Assembly (NCBI GenBank): GCA_963823665.1
Contig: CAWGMQ010000004.1
Location: 608,001 to 672,000 of the forward strand
Reading direction: 5' to 3'
From: an uncultured Planctomycetota bacterium
Lineage (GTDB): Bacteria; Planctomycetota; Planctomycetia; Isosphaerales; Isosphaeraceae
Length of the DNA: 64,000 nt
The stretch's first letter is position 1. Every line of letters starts with the position of its first letter. Both the position numbers and the translations under genes were made by a program. Shown here in pieces: positions 1-9,830 of the stretch. The notes under the pieces are model-generated. The model had not been told where the DNA came from. It saw only the letters and a list, made by a program, of their open reading frames with translations, and did no database searches.

Positions 1-260
1 GCGTCGGCGCTCGTAAGGATTTCCTCTGAGAACATCGCATTGTGACCATCGGCGATCAGTCGTGCGCGAATCTCCTTTCGCTTCGCGGCGATCTTGGTGT
101 CTGAGTTAGGATTCGGGCCCCACACCAGGACGGTGAGCGCGATCTGCTTCCGAGCCTCGAGGTCCCTTCGAACCTGGTCCAGAAACCTTCGCCGCGCTTC
201 TTGGGCCGCCGGCGTCAGCCCCTCTGGAACGTCTTCCGGGTCATTTGATTGCATTGCCAT
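1..260 (-). CDS. Partial hypothetical protein (runs off the window), possibly TIR-like / nucleoside-deoxyribosyltransferase-like fold
   Basis: Not in the ORF track. Manual translation from ATG 260 with upstream GAGG: MAMQSNDPEDVPEGLTPAAQEARRRFLDQVRRDLEARKQIALTVLVWGPNPNSDTKIAAKRKEIRARLIADGHNAMFSEEILTSAD. The pattern hydrophobic strand-G, helix with R..IR..L, then 'FSEE' resembles NDT/TIR-like effectors. Confidence 0.5.
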   Translation of the reverse strand, partial: MAMQSNDPEDVPEGLTPAAQEARRRFLDQVRRDLEARKQIALTVLVWGPNPNSDTKIAAKRKEIRARLIADGHNAMFSEEILTSAD

Positions 261-451
261 CCGCCTCAGGGATCCTCGGGGTCGATTGCAACAGTCTATT
301 ACAGGAGCCGAGTGCCTGGAAGAATCGAACCCCGGCGCCAAATCCGTGCTTGAGCCGAAGCTTTGCCATCGCCACTCCCTACCGCATCACGATCGCGGTG
401 CTTCTTGCCGTCGGCGGGGTGGTCTTGGATCATTTGAAATGAAATGATGAG

Positions 452-474
452 TTCGAGTTAGCCTATAACTCGAA
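452..474. promoter_or_regulatory. 9-5-9 inverted repeat, possible operator
   Basis: TTCGAGTTA-gccta-TAACTCGAA in an AT-richer intergenic stretch. Confidence 0.3.
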
Positions 475-643
475 TGAAAGATCTTCCATGAGCAAGCTAA
501 GGAGGCGCTGCACCACGGTCGATTGAGCGAGGCAACGCTTCCGATGGATCCGACTTACTTCAAAGAGTCCTTTTTCAGAACGTTAGCCGCTTCGAGCTTT
601 GGATTTTCAATCGTTTTTTGCAGCTTTGAAAGTGTCGCCGGCT

Positions 644-859
644 GGGATCAACCCAGTCGATCCTCTCAAGCGAATCACCCACTGTCCTCTCCTATTTGCA
701 GCGCACCGAAAGCAACTTTGCTCATTGCACAAACGCCTCGACAAAGGGATTGCTCTGATCGAGTCGCTCTTCGACGGGACGACAATCGCGCAGTTGCTCG
801 CAGAAGCGAATCCGAGCAAACCCCTTTGCGACGAGGTCCAGCCCACTGCGACGCGTTGA
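644..859 (+). pseudogene. C-terminal remnant of an Rrf2-family transcriptional regulator
   Basis: INPVDPLKRITHCPL..AHRKQLCSLHKRLD...TTIAQLL matches the Cys-bearing C-terminal half of Rrf2 proteins; the N-terminal wHTH is absent. Confidence 0.6.
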
Positions 860-1265
860 TGTCGGCGATCGAGAGTGTGCTTCTGATCTGGGCGGCGAGT
901 GAAGCGCACGAATGGACCGACCAAGTTGAGTTTCTGCCGCTCTGACGCCCGGGGCCGCGAACGGCGTAATCGACGACTCCGACTGATTCGCAAATCTTCC
1001 TCGCCGAGCGGAAGAATGCGGCAGCTCGTTCGTTTCCCGTGTCAGAAGGGTTCAGTCCATCCGCGCCGCTTCAGAGAAAGAAACGGAGGCAAACAGGTTT
1101 ACGATCCGACCGCCGTCCGGCGCAACCATCGTGCAGTTCTCCGTCTGGTAGGCAAAACGGCCTAACGACAAGACCGTAGCCGCTACCAGAGCCGTGCGGA
1201 ACCCCGGCTCTCCGCCGGCCACTCGGATCTTGATCGACCGCGCAGTTCAATGCACACTCGGTGGC

Positions 1266-1847
1266 ATGGCATCGACTGTGCCCGAGACCGAACGAACCGA
1301 TGACGACCTGGCAGACGTGGTCGCCAGGCGCGGAGAGTCCGATGGAGCGCTGCGCGCCGCCCGCGAGGCCTTTGAACAGCTCTATCGCCGCCACGCGCCG
1401 TTGCTTCTCGCGTTCGTCGCGGCGCGCGTCCGGCCCGAGGATCGCGAAGACCTGCACCAGGACGTTTGGGAGCGCGCATGGAAGCACCTCCCCGACCAGT
1501 TCCAAGGAGGCAACGTCCGCGCCTGGCTGCACCAGATCGCCCGTAACGCGATCATCGACCAGGGCCGAAAGGCCCGTCCGGAACCGCTCGCAGCCCCGGA
1601 AGCCCTGCTCGACGGGCGCGGCCGTCCTGCCCATGACCGGCTTATCGAGTACGAGCGGAGCGAAGCGCTCCGCCGCTGTCTCGAAAAGCTGAACAGCACC
1701 GCCGCCGCGCTGGTACGAGCCCGCCTGGCCGGCGACGATTACGTGGAGATCTGCCAGCGCCTCGGCCTGGCGCCCCAGCAAGCCCATAAACTGTTCCATA
1801 CCTCAAAGGAACAGCTCAAGACCTGTGTGAAGCGAGCCCTGCGATGA
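1266..1847 (+). CDS. ECF RNA polymerase sigma-70 factor
   Basis: Region 2 (FEQLYRRH..., EDLHQDVW, WLHQIARN) and region 4 (CLEKL..., YVEICQRLG); start placed at ATG 1266. Confidence 0.9.
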   Translation: MASTVPETERTDDDLADVVARRGESDGALRAAREAFEQLYRRHAPLLLAFVAARVRPEDREDLHQDVWERAWKHLPDQFQGGNVRAWLHQIARNAIIDQGRKARPEPLAAPEALLDGRGRPAHDRLIEYERSEALRRCLEKLNSTAAALVRARLAGDDYVEICQRLGLAPQQAHKLFHTSKEQLKTCVKRALR

Positions 1848-2800
1848 AACTGATGGCCCTCGAAATCCCGGACGACGCGGCGGCGCTCGCGGGCTGGCTG
1901 GAGGGCCACCTCGTGGGCCTGGACCTCGCCGCGCTTGTTGCCGAGCTCGAGGCCGTGCACGCGCATGATCAAAAAGAGCCCGCGCCGTCGCTCGACCAAG
2001 TGCTAGGCAACTTACGCGTAGCCGTCCAATCGCGCGGGCTTGAATCACTCCCACCCGATCGACTGAAGGTCCTGCTCCAACACCCGCGGCTTCTGCTCGA
2101 ATTACAAGAGTGGCTGCTCGTGGAGGGCGGGCCATACTGGCGGCGAATGGCCCCGAGAAACGCGGGCCGTGAACAGCGTGTTGCACTCGAGCGTGGCTGG
2201 GAGCGCCTAGCCGCCACACTGTCCGAGGGTCGCGAGCCGGCAACTGTAATCCCCTTGCCACGCGATGCCACCGCCCGCTCTCCGGCCCAGCCCGCGCCCG
2301 GAGCGCGTCCGTGGCGACGACTGCTGGGCGGCTTGGCCACAATGGCCGCTTCGGCGGCGCTGCTCGTTGCGGCGTTCGTCATCGCCATGCACGGTCCAGG
2401 CTCCGGCGGAGAGAACGGTGCCGGTGCAAGAGCGGCCTGGGGTTGGACCAAACCCGGCGCGCTTCGCTACGAGCTCTCGCGCGACGCTTACCTCAACAGC
2501 CTGGCCGACTCCGCACGCGAGTGGTTCAACCAGCGTCCGGACAGGCCCCAGGCACTCGCGCGCCGCATCGCCGAGTTCCGCCAGGGCTGCTCCGTCCTCA
2601 TCTTCTCCGTACACAAACCGTTGCCAGAGGAGGATCGCATCTGGCTGGTCGAAAAGTGCCGGAGCTGGGCAACAAAGCTCGATGCCCACCTCGCCGCCGT
2701 CGAAGCCGGCCAAGACGTCCTCAAAGTCCGCGCCGAGGCCGACGCCACAATCGACCGCCTGGCCACCGCGTTGCGCGAACGGGCTGCCAAGCCAGCGTGA
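1844..2800 (+). CDS. Single-pass membrane protein, putative anti-sigma partner
   Basis: ATGA overlap with the sigma gene; central hydrophobic helix LATMAASAALLVAAFVIAM. Confidence 0.65.
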   Translation: MKLMALEIPDDAAALAGWLEGHLVGLDLAALVAELEAVHAHDQKEPAPSLDQVLGNLRVAVQSRGLESLPPDRLKVLLQHPRLLLELQEWLLVEGGPYWRRMAPRNAGREQRVALERGWERLAATLSEGREPATVIPLPRDATARSPAQPAPGARPWRRLLGGLATMAASAALLVAAFVIAMHGPGSGGENGAGARAAWGWTKPGALRYELSRDAYLNSLADSAREWFNQRPDRPQALARRIAEFRQGCSVLIFSVHKPLPEEDRIWLVEKCRSWATKLDAHLAAVEAGQDVLKVRAEADATIDRLATALRERAAKPA

Positions 2801-2993
2801 AAAACTGCGAGCTACTCGGTTGAGCACCTCGGCCCCACATTAACCTGAAGCTTCAGCGAGGGACGCTCCACTCCAACGTGACGCCAACGGGCGCTCGCGG
2901 TGGCCAGCCGGGATCGCACGGCAAGTCCCTTCGCTGGCGCGGCGTGGCGCGTCGGTGTAGGGCCTCGATCGCACGACCGGATTCTCGCCGTTT

Positions 2994-4769
2994 TCAGCGG
3001 GCAGACTGTCCTCGGGCCAGGCGGAAGCCTACTTCGCCGTGCCGGGAGTCCGCCGCGCTCCAGCTGCGGTACGCCGACCGGGCGTACCGGGGCTCGCCAC
3101 GCCAGCCGCCCCCCCGCCTCACGCGGAGGGAGGTCGCATCTCGTCCTCGCGGATCGACTGGCGAAGCTGCGGCGTAATACTCCTCGTCGTATCCATCCCA
3201 GCACCACTCCCAGACGTTGCCGTGCAAATCGAACAGGCCGAATCCATTGGGCCGTTTTTCGCCGACGGGATGCGCTCGGTAGCCGGAATTCCGAGCGAAC
3301 CAGCCAAACTCGCCCAGGCTCGCGCCGTCACCGTCGAAGCTCCATCTAGTCGTCGTCCTCGCCCGGCACGCGTATTCCCACTCGGCTTCCGTGGGTAACC
3401 GATAGCCAGTTCCATTCCAGTCGATGACCAGCACGGGGCCGACGCCTATCCGATAGAACGGCGGGCGGCCCTCCAGCTCGCTCAGCTTGTTGCAGAACGT
3501 CACGGCATCGAGCCAAGAAACCTGCTCGACAGGGTGCCGATCAGTCGACCGCCCCGCGACATCCTTCTTATCGTCAGTCGAGGACGACAGATTGCTCGGG
3601 TTGAGCCCCATCACCGCCTTGTACTCCGCCCGCGTGACCTCGGTAACGCCAAGGTAATACGGCCGAGAAATCCGAACGTGATGCTGTGGCTTTTCTTCCC
3701 CAGATGCGTACTCGTCACCATCAGGCGACCCCATCAGAAATTCCCCCGCCGGAATCAGCTTGAGCTTGATCTGCCCAACACGCGTGGTAATCACCTCCGC
3801 CCCGATTTCGCGCGTTCCCCGATCCACCACCGCCGCAGCAGTCGCCCGGTTCAACGCGATGGTATTCGCATCCATGGCACCGAGCGCCGCCTTACCGCGA
3901 GAACGATCAATCAACGTCACCCGCCCAGCTCGCCCCAGCAACACCGGCATCTGCCTCCGCCCGCGCCGATTCGACACGAAGTCGGGAACCTTGTCCTGCG
4001 TATACTCCGTCAGCTCCAGCAATGACACCTTGCCGTCCTTGTTGCTATCGGCCGCGCCCTTGAGCCCCTCGATCACATAATGGAAGAACACGCCGTGCCC
4101 ACCCCCCAGGTCCGCTTCTTCCCACGCAACCTCCCCGTCCGAGCACGAAAACAACGCCGCCACTGAGGCCGGCACCGCCGGCGGAGCAAACGGAATCACC
4201 CCGGTGTTCCCCTCGGTTGGATTATCCCGGCACGCGTCCACCAGCATCACCTTCACCCCGGCCTTGCATTGTTCGAGCTCACCGTAAAGCCCATCCAGCG
4301 AGATCATCGATTTGGCATCGCGGATGTCGGCATCCTGTGGGCAGAAAAACCCGGCGGAGCGCTCGACCTCATTTCCGGCGGCATCCTTGACTCTCACCTT
4401 ACGCGTCAGCCCATGGCCCACCAGCGCGACGAGCAGGCTGTCCTGCGGCTTGCGGTCACTCGCCAGCAAGCGGAACTCCTGCAGCACATTTCGGCCGCTC
4501 GGCAGGAACCGCGCGTCGCCCTTGTATCCGCGCTCCATCGTCAACACACGGACGTCCTCGGGGCGATAACCCGAGTCACGCAGAACCTGGGCCAGTGCTT
4601 CAACGTCGCGCTGAGGAAACGGCAGGGATGAAAACCCACTACCCGACGGATACTTGTCGATCCCCACCAGCAAAGCGAGCTTCTTACCGGGATGCTGCGC
4701 GAGAGCCGACGGGACCACGACAATCCAAAGTGCGAGAACCAGACCGGATCGAAAGGCAACACATGGCAT
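2994..4769 (-). CDS. Exported caspase-family (C14) + FGE-sulfatase/CLec fusion, paralogue 1
   Basis: Signal peptide ending ALA-Q; KLALLVGIDKY, VGHG and DACR dyad; FLMGS, RLPTEAEWEYACRA, HGNVWEWC, RGGGW, GFRLAR. Start moved to ATG 4769. Confidence 0.92.
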   Translation of the reverse strand: MPCVAFRSGLVLALWIVVVPSALAQHPGKKLALLVGIDKYPSGSGFSSLPFPQRDVEALAQVLRDSGYRPEDVRVLTMERGYKGDARFLPSGRNVLQEFRLLASDRKPQDSLLVALVGHGLTRKVRVKDAAGNEVERSAGFFCPQDADIRDAKSMISLDGLYGELEQCKAGVKVMLVDACRDNPTEGNTGVIPFAPPAVPASVAALFSCSDGEVAWEEADLGGGHGVFFHYVIEGLKGAADSNKDGKVSLLELTEYTQDKVPDFVSNRRGRRQMPVLLGRAGRVTLIDRSRGKAALGAMDANTIALNRATAAAVVDRGTREIGAEVITTRVGQIKLKLIPAGEFLMGSPDGDEYASGEEKPQHHVRISRPYYLGVTEVTRAEYKAVMGLNPSNLSSSTDDKKDVAGRSTDRHPVEQVSWLDAVTFCNKLSELEGRPPFYRIGVGPVLVIDWNGTGYRLPTEAEWEYACRARTTTRWSFDGDGASLGEFGWFARNSGYRAHPVGEKRPNGFGLFDLHGNVWEWCWDGYDEEYYAAASPVDPRGRDATSLRVRRGGGWRGEPRYARSAYRSWSAADSRHGEVGFRLARGQSAR

Positions 4770-5008
4770 GGGAACCCGTTCCTTCAAGCCAACAACGCCG
4801 TTCACGACCTCGACGTCAGCAAACATTGCTCCCAGATGATAACACGTGCACCCGCCCGTCTGGTATTTACCCCCAACGCGGCAGAGCCGCAACCGCAAAG
4901 ATCGAGGGACAGCGCCCCCTCCAACAGGGACGACAGCCCCCCGCCCACGCCAGTTGGAGCCGGCTCCGCCCGGCGACCCGAGCCCAGCGTACGGCGCATA
5001 GATCCTCT

Positions 5009-5135
5009 CCGCGACCGCAGGTCTCCCCGTGTTGGGCGCGGGTCTCCGACCCCGACCTCTCGCCGCGACCGCAGGTCTCCCCCCGTTCGAGCGCGGGTCT
5101 TCGACCCCGCCCCCTTGCCGCGACCGCAGGTCTCC
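5009..5135. repeat. Tandem REP-like repeat, about 54-bp unit, 2.3 copies
   Basis: CCGCGACCGCAGGTCTCC three times, alternating with GCGCGGGTCTYCGACCCCG. Confidence 0.75.
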
Positions 5136-5207
5136 GAGACGCGCGTACGGCCCAGAGATCCCACGGCGGAAGCCTCGAACCATTCCCGCGCCGATCCTGC
5201 CGGCATC

Positions 5208-6593
5208 TCAACACCGGTAGACAGGCGCGAGATGAACGCTCGACCCATGGCGCGGCGGGCCGGCGCCTCGCCGGCGCAGATCGGCTCGCTGGAACGCCAG
5301 CTCATCGCGGCCGTGGAATTGACCCCGCACACGCCGGCCCGCCGGGCCGCGCGGCGACCTCGGTGCCTGGTGCACAGGCGAATTTCGCCGGTGCCGGGGA
5401 ACCACGGGATGGCTCGACGAGCGATGAGCACGGCCCGGATGCTCGAGCGGCGTCACGCGCACCGATGACATCACCGCCGCAATCCCGATCAGTCCCACAC
5501 TCATCGCCGCAAGGCCGATCCGGCGCGGGCGGGTCATGATCGACGAGTGACCGCATCCGACGTCGTGCCAGGCCCGTGGCAAATCCCCGACCGCGCCAGA
5601 TCGCGGAACGCCGAGCGGTAGGGCGGCGTCGAGCGATTCGGCAACTCGCCCGAGTCGATCTACAAATTCGCTGCACGATCCCCACCGCTCCTCCGGCTGT
5701 TTGGAAAGAGCCCGCCCAACGATCGCGCGCTCACCCTCCGGCAACCCCGAGAGATCCGGCTCCCGGTGGAGGTGGCCCTCCAGGACCGTGCCGATCGAGC
5801 CTCCGAATGGAAGTCGCCCAGTCCTGAGCTGCACATAGGTCACCGCCACGGCGTACTGATCGCTCATGCGCGAAACCTGGCCCTGGATCTCTTCGGGAGC
5901 GATGTAATGGGGCAACATGCACCCCGAGTGAGGCTCGACTGCCCCCACGAGCATCTTCGCCAGCCCAAAGTCAGCCAGCCGCACCGAGCCCCCGGCCAGC
6001 AGGATATTACTGGGCTTGATGTCCCGGTGCTGAATGCCGGCAACCCGCCCGTCGCCCAGCGGATGCGCCGGCTCGTTCAAGTAATCAACCGCCGCCGCCA
6101 GCTCTTTCATGTATCGCAGCAGCTCGCCGGCAGGAATGCCGAGGCGCCCTTCGCCTTGGCACGCCCGCAGGCGGTCTGCCAAACTTTGATCGCACAGAGG
6201 CATTGCGAGTACCAAGTAGCTATCGCGCACGACAGAGAACTGCACATCGAGCAGATGCGGATGGTGCAGTCGGCGAACCACGTCGAGCGCCCGAAGCTCC
6301 CGGCCTGCCCGCGGATCGTAGAGCCAGATGAACTTGAGCGCCACGCGAAACCCTCCCGGCGCCTCGGCCTCCCAGACCACCCCAAATCCGCCCTGGCCCA
6401 GAAACCGAATCAGTCTGTACCCAGCCAGCGGCTCGGCACCAGCTTGGAGAGTGATCATTCCGGACATGACCGTGGCGGCCACAGAGTCCGTATTCACCGC
6501 ATCAGGCGCCTCGAGCTCCCCGGTTGTGGCACACGCGTTCGTGCTCTTTCTCATATCCGAAGATCGACCTGGTCTCGAAGATGCGGTGGCCAT
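5208..6593 (-). CDS. Ser/Thr protein kinase with C-terminal membrane segment
   Basis: LGQGGFGVV, VALK, HRDIKPSN, DFG, YIAPE, SDQY; hydrophobic LAAMSVGLIGIAAVM. Start and tail uncertain. Confidence 0.9.
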   Translation of the reverse strand: MATASSRPGRSSDMRKSTNACATTGELEAPDAVNTDSVAATVMSGMITLQAGAEPLAGYRLIRFLGQGGFGVVWEAEAPGGFRVALKFIWLYDPRAGRELRALDVVRRLHHPHLLDVQFSVVRDSYLVLAMPLCDQSLADRLRACQGEGRLGIPAGELLRYMKELAAAVDYLNEPAHPLGDGRVAGIQHRDIKPSNILLAGGSVRLADFGLAKMLVGAVEPHSGCMLPHYIAPEEIQGQVSRMSDQYAVAVTYVQLRTGRLPFGGSIGTVLEGHLHREPDLSGLPEGERAIVGRALSKQPEERWGSCSEFVDRLGRVAESLDAALPLGVPRSGAVGDLPRAWHDVGCGHSSIMTRPRRIGLAAMSVGLIGIAAVMSSVRVTPLEHPGRAHRSSSHPVVPRHRRNSPVHQAPRSPRGPAGRRVRGQFHGRDELAFQRADLRRRGAGPPRHGSSVHLAPVYRC

Positions 6594-6820
6594 GGGGGCG
6601 AGTCCTTCCGGCAGGGCAGGTGGTACTCATACCGAAAGGAGAACGTGCGCCGCCCCGCTTTCTTCCCCAAGCCGTCATTTTCTTCATTCTCGACGCGAGA
6701 AAACCCGCACGCGCCGCCGCCGGTTTCGCTCCGGCCACGACCCGCCGGGCTCCGCCCCGCGGCTCGGCCGCTCAGCCGGTCGAGCCTCCGCAAACCGGCA
6801 GCACTCCTGGCCTGCGACGC

Positions 6821-8503
6821 TCAGCGAGCAGCCTGGCCTCGGGCGACGCGAAAGCCCAGGTAGCCGTGCCGGGGGCCCGGCACGTTCCCGTACCGGGACG
6901 CCGACTGAGCGTAGTGGGGGCCGCGGCTCCAGCCGCCCCCGCGGTACACCCGGGAGGGGCCGGCGTCTGGTCCGCGCGGATCTTCCGCCGGTGAGTTCCC
7001 GTAATACCCCCCGCCGTACCAATCCCAGCACCACTCCCAGGCGTTGCCGTGCATATCGAACAGGCCAAAACCATTGGGGCGTTTCTCGCCGACCGGATGT
7101 GTTCGCCCGCCTGAATTACCGTCGAACCAGGCAAACTCATTCGCGCTCGCATCCTCATCGCCGAAGCTGTACCGCGTGGTCGTCCTCGCCCGGCAGGCAT
7201 ACTCCCACTCGGCTTCCGTCGGCAACCGATAGCCGGTTCCTTTCCAATCAATGACCAGAACGGCTTCGCCGTCAATTCGATAGAACTGAGAGCAACCCTC
7301 CAGTTCGCTCAGCTTGTTGCAAAACATCACCGCATCGAGCCACGAAACGTCCTCGACCGGATGTCGGTCAGTCGACAGCCCATTGACTTCCTTCTTCCCA
7401 CCACCGTTGGATGAGAAAAGGCTCGGGTTGACCACCATCACCGCCTCGTACTGCGCCTGCGTGACCTCGGTAACTCCCAGGTAAAAGGGCCGAGTAACCC
7501 GCACGCGGTGCTGCGGCTTTTCGTCGCTGCTGGCGCCATCAGGCGACCCCATCATGAACTCCCCAGCAGGGATCAGATTGAGCTTGATTCCCGCCACGCG
7601 CGTCGTAATCACCTCGGCCGCCGCACTTGCCTTCGCCAGGTCAAGCAACGTCACCCGTCCGGCCCTCCCCATCAAAACCGGCATCTGCCGCCGGCTACGC
7701 CGATGCGACACATAATCCGGCACCTTATCCTGTGTGTACTCCGTCAACTCCAGCAGAGATACCTTCCCGTCCTTGTTCGCGTCAGCCTCGCCTTTGAGCC
7801 CCTCAATCACGTAGTGGAAGAACACGCCGTGGCCACCGCCCAGGTCCGCCTCCTCCCACGCGACCTCCCCATCCGAGCACGAGAAAAGCGCCGCCACCGA
7901 AGCCGGAACCGCCGGCGGTGCAAACGGGATCGCACCGGTATTCCCCTGCGTCGGGTTATCGCGGCACGCGTCAACGAGCATCACCTTCGCCCCGGCGCGG
8001 CAGGTCTCCAGCTCGGCATACAGCTCGTCGAGCGAGATCATCGTCTGGGTATCCCGGATATCGGCGTCCGAAGGCCCGAAGAACGCGACGGATTTCTCCA
8101 CATCGTTGCCGGCCAGATCCTTGACCTTCACTCGGCGCGTCAAGCCGTGGCCCACCAGGGCAACCAAAAAGCTGTCCCCCGGCTTGCGATCGCCAGCCAT
8201 GAGCCGGAACTCGTTCAGGATATTCCGCCGGCTCGGCAGAAACCGCAGGTCATCTTTGAACCCCCGGTCAACCGTCATGACCCGGACGTGCTCCGGCCGG
8301 TACCCCGACTCAAGCAGCAGCTTCGCGAGCGCATCAACGTCGCGCTGCGGAAACGGCAGGGCCGAGAATCCGCTCCCCGACGGATACTTGTCGACCCCGA
8401 TCAGCAAGGCCAGCTTCTTGCCGCTTTCCTGCGCCTGAGCCGCCGAGCTCACGCCGACTGCCAAGGCAAGCAACACGCGAACGCCATGAACGATTCGAAG
8501 CAC
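6821..8503 (-). CDS. Exported caspase + FGE-sulfatase/CLec fusion, paralogue 2
   Basis: Signal peptide (AQA-Q), VGHG, DACR, FGE motifs; very similar to paralogue 1. Confidence 0.93.
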   Translation of the reverse strand: MLRIVHGVRVLLALAVGVSSAAQAQESGKKLALLIGVDKYPSGSGFSALPFPQRDVDALAKLLLESGYRPEHVRVMTVDRGFKDDLRFLPSRRNILNEFRLMAGDRKPGDSFLVALVGHGLTRRVKVKDLAGNDVEKSVAFFGPSDADIRDTQTMISLDELYAELETCRAGAKVMLVDACRDNPTQGNTGAIPFAPPAVPASVAALFSCSDGEVAWEEADLGGGHGVFFHYVIEGLKGEADANKDGKVSLLELTEYTQDKVPDYVSHRRSRRQMPVLMGRAGRVTLLDLAKASAAAEVITTRVAGIKLNLIPAGEFMMGSPDGASSDEKPQHRVRVTRPFYLGVTEVTQAQYEAVMVVNPSLFSSNGGGKKEVNGLSTDRHPVEDVSWLDAVMFCNKLSELEGCSQFYRIDGEAVLVIDWKGTGYRLPTEAEWEYACRARTTTRYSFGDEDASANEFAWFDGNSGGRTHPVGEKRPNGFGLFDMHGNAWEWCWDWYGGGYYGNSPAEDPRGPDAGPSRVYRGGGWSRGPHYAQSASRYGNVPGPRHGYLGFRVARGQAAR

Positions 8504-8580
8504 GAAAAGTCACTCCCGGTAAAACCACCCATTGATTGCTCCACCCGGCATTCTCTTCCACGCTTCCGGGCCACGCGCCC

Positions 8581-9774
8581 TTACAATCTATCATACCGCA
8601 CCGTCATCGCCGCCCGATGCACCCCAATGTGCCGCTGAACCGTCTCGAACGGCGCATCAATCGGCGCACCAGGAACAATCTCCGTGGCCTGCCTCGTCAG
8701 TGGCTCATCCGCCGGTTTCTGGCCGTCGTTCTCCCACGCCGCGGCAAATGTGATGGTGATCGACCCGATCTTCGCCGGATTCTTCAAAAAGCCGACCCTG
8801 GGATGATCCCTCGGCAACTCAGCGACCAAAAACGCGCTAGAAACCTTGTTGTTGCGGTACCACCCGAGGATGTCCCCGGCCGAATGCGCCTCAATCACCA
8901 CGTGCTCGTTCCTAGCACCCTTGTCGTCCCGAAACACAAACATGGAGAGCCCGTCGATGGTGACCGTCGACGCGACATCGTGACCGGCGTTGTTGATGAT
9001 GCGCACGGCGATGACCTCGCCCGGCTCGACTTTCAAGAACGGCGCACCGCCGCGCTCCTGCACCTCACGCGGTCGAAATGCCTCGGCCCGCGGCGCTTTG
9101 TCACCACTCTGCCGCGCCACGAGCATCTGGATCGCATACGGCGCCCCCTTGGGCCGTAGTGTGGCGCTCTTATTCTGGAACAAAACCTTGCCGTCGAGCC
9201 CGTCGAGCACCTTCCGGTCATTCTCGCCCGCCGGCGCCGAAGGAGGCAGAAAATTCGTCCCGCCCCCCAGCACCTGGATGTCCGCCAGATCCGTGATCCG
9301 CGGCTGCTCTTCGAGCTTCAGGTCCGTCTCCGAATTCAGCAGCACCGTCCCATTTCGCCGTTTCACCTGAAACGCGATCTTGCCAACCGCAAACCCCTGG
9401 CGCCGTCCATCGGTCTCCGCTTCGCCGAGAGCATAGGACCCAACGAAGATCAGATCCGCCTTGTTTGCGGCCTCCACCCCCTGGCCCTTGAGCTGCTCGA
9501 TGAGCTTGTCGGTGACCCCGGTTCCTGCGGTATGCGTCAGATCGCCGATGTCCGTGATCGCGTTCACGACGATTTGCGCCCCACCGTGCGCCTTGGCCAC
9601 CTTGGCGACAACCCGCGCAATATTGGCCACCGCCTTGTTCAAGGTCAGCTCGCGCGCCGGCTCGGTTCGGAAATCGCCATGCGCTGCGGGGCTCGCGCAC
9701 ACGGACGCGACGGCGAAGAACGTGGCCGCCAGCCGAAAACAGAAATCAACCGCCCGTGCGGGCTTTCGCTTCAT
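8581..9774 (-). CDS. Secreted hypothetical protein with beta-rich C-terminal domain
   Basis: Signal peptide; long ORF co-oriented within the caspase cluster; IAVRIINN...VTIDG...ILGW. Confidence 0.75.
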   Translation of the reverse strand: MKRKPARAVDFCFRLAATFFAVASVCASPAAHGDFRTEPARELTLNKAVANIARVVAKVAKAHGGAQIVVNAITDIGDLTHTAGTGVTDKLIEQLKGQGVEAANKADLIFVGSYALGEAETDGRRQGFAVGKIAFQVKRRNGTVLLNSETDLKLEEQPRITDLADIQVLGGGTNFLPPSAPAGENDRKVLDGLDGKVLFQNKSATLRPKGAPYAIQMLVARQSGDKAPRAEAFRPREVQERGGAPFLKVEPGEVIAVRIINNAGHDVASTVTIDGLSMFVFRDDKGARNEHVVIEAHSAGDILGWYRNNKVSSAFLVAELPRDHPRVGFLKNPAKIGSITITFAAAWENDGQKPADEPLTRQATEIVPGAPIDAPFETVQRHIGVHRAAMTVRYDRL

Positions 9775-9830
9775 GGTCTGCGCTCCCTGGGCTCAATTCC
9801 TGAAACGGCGTTCTCATGCACTGTCGCAAT

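Noticed and set aside
5009..5135. 18-bp repeats separated by ~36 bp as a CRISPR array
   Set aside because: The intervening sequences are similar to each other; this is a tandem REP-like repeat
4770..5183. N-terminal extension of ORF 2994..5183
   Set aside because: Runs through REP repeats; the signal peptide and paralogue alignment start at 4769
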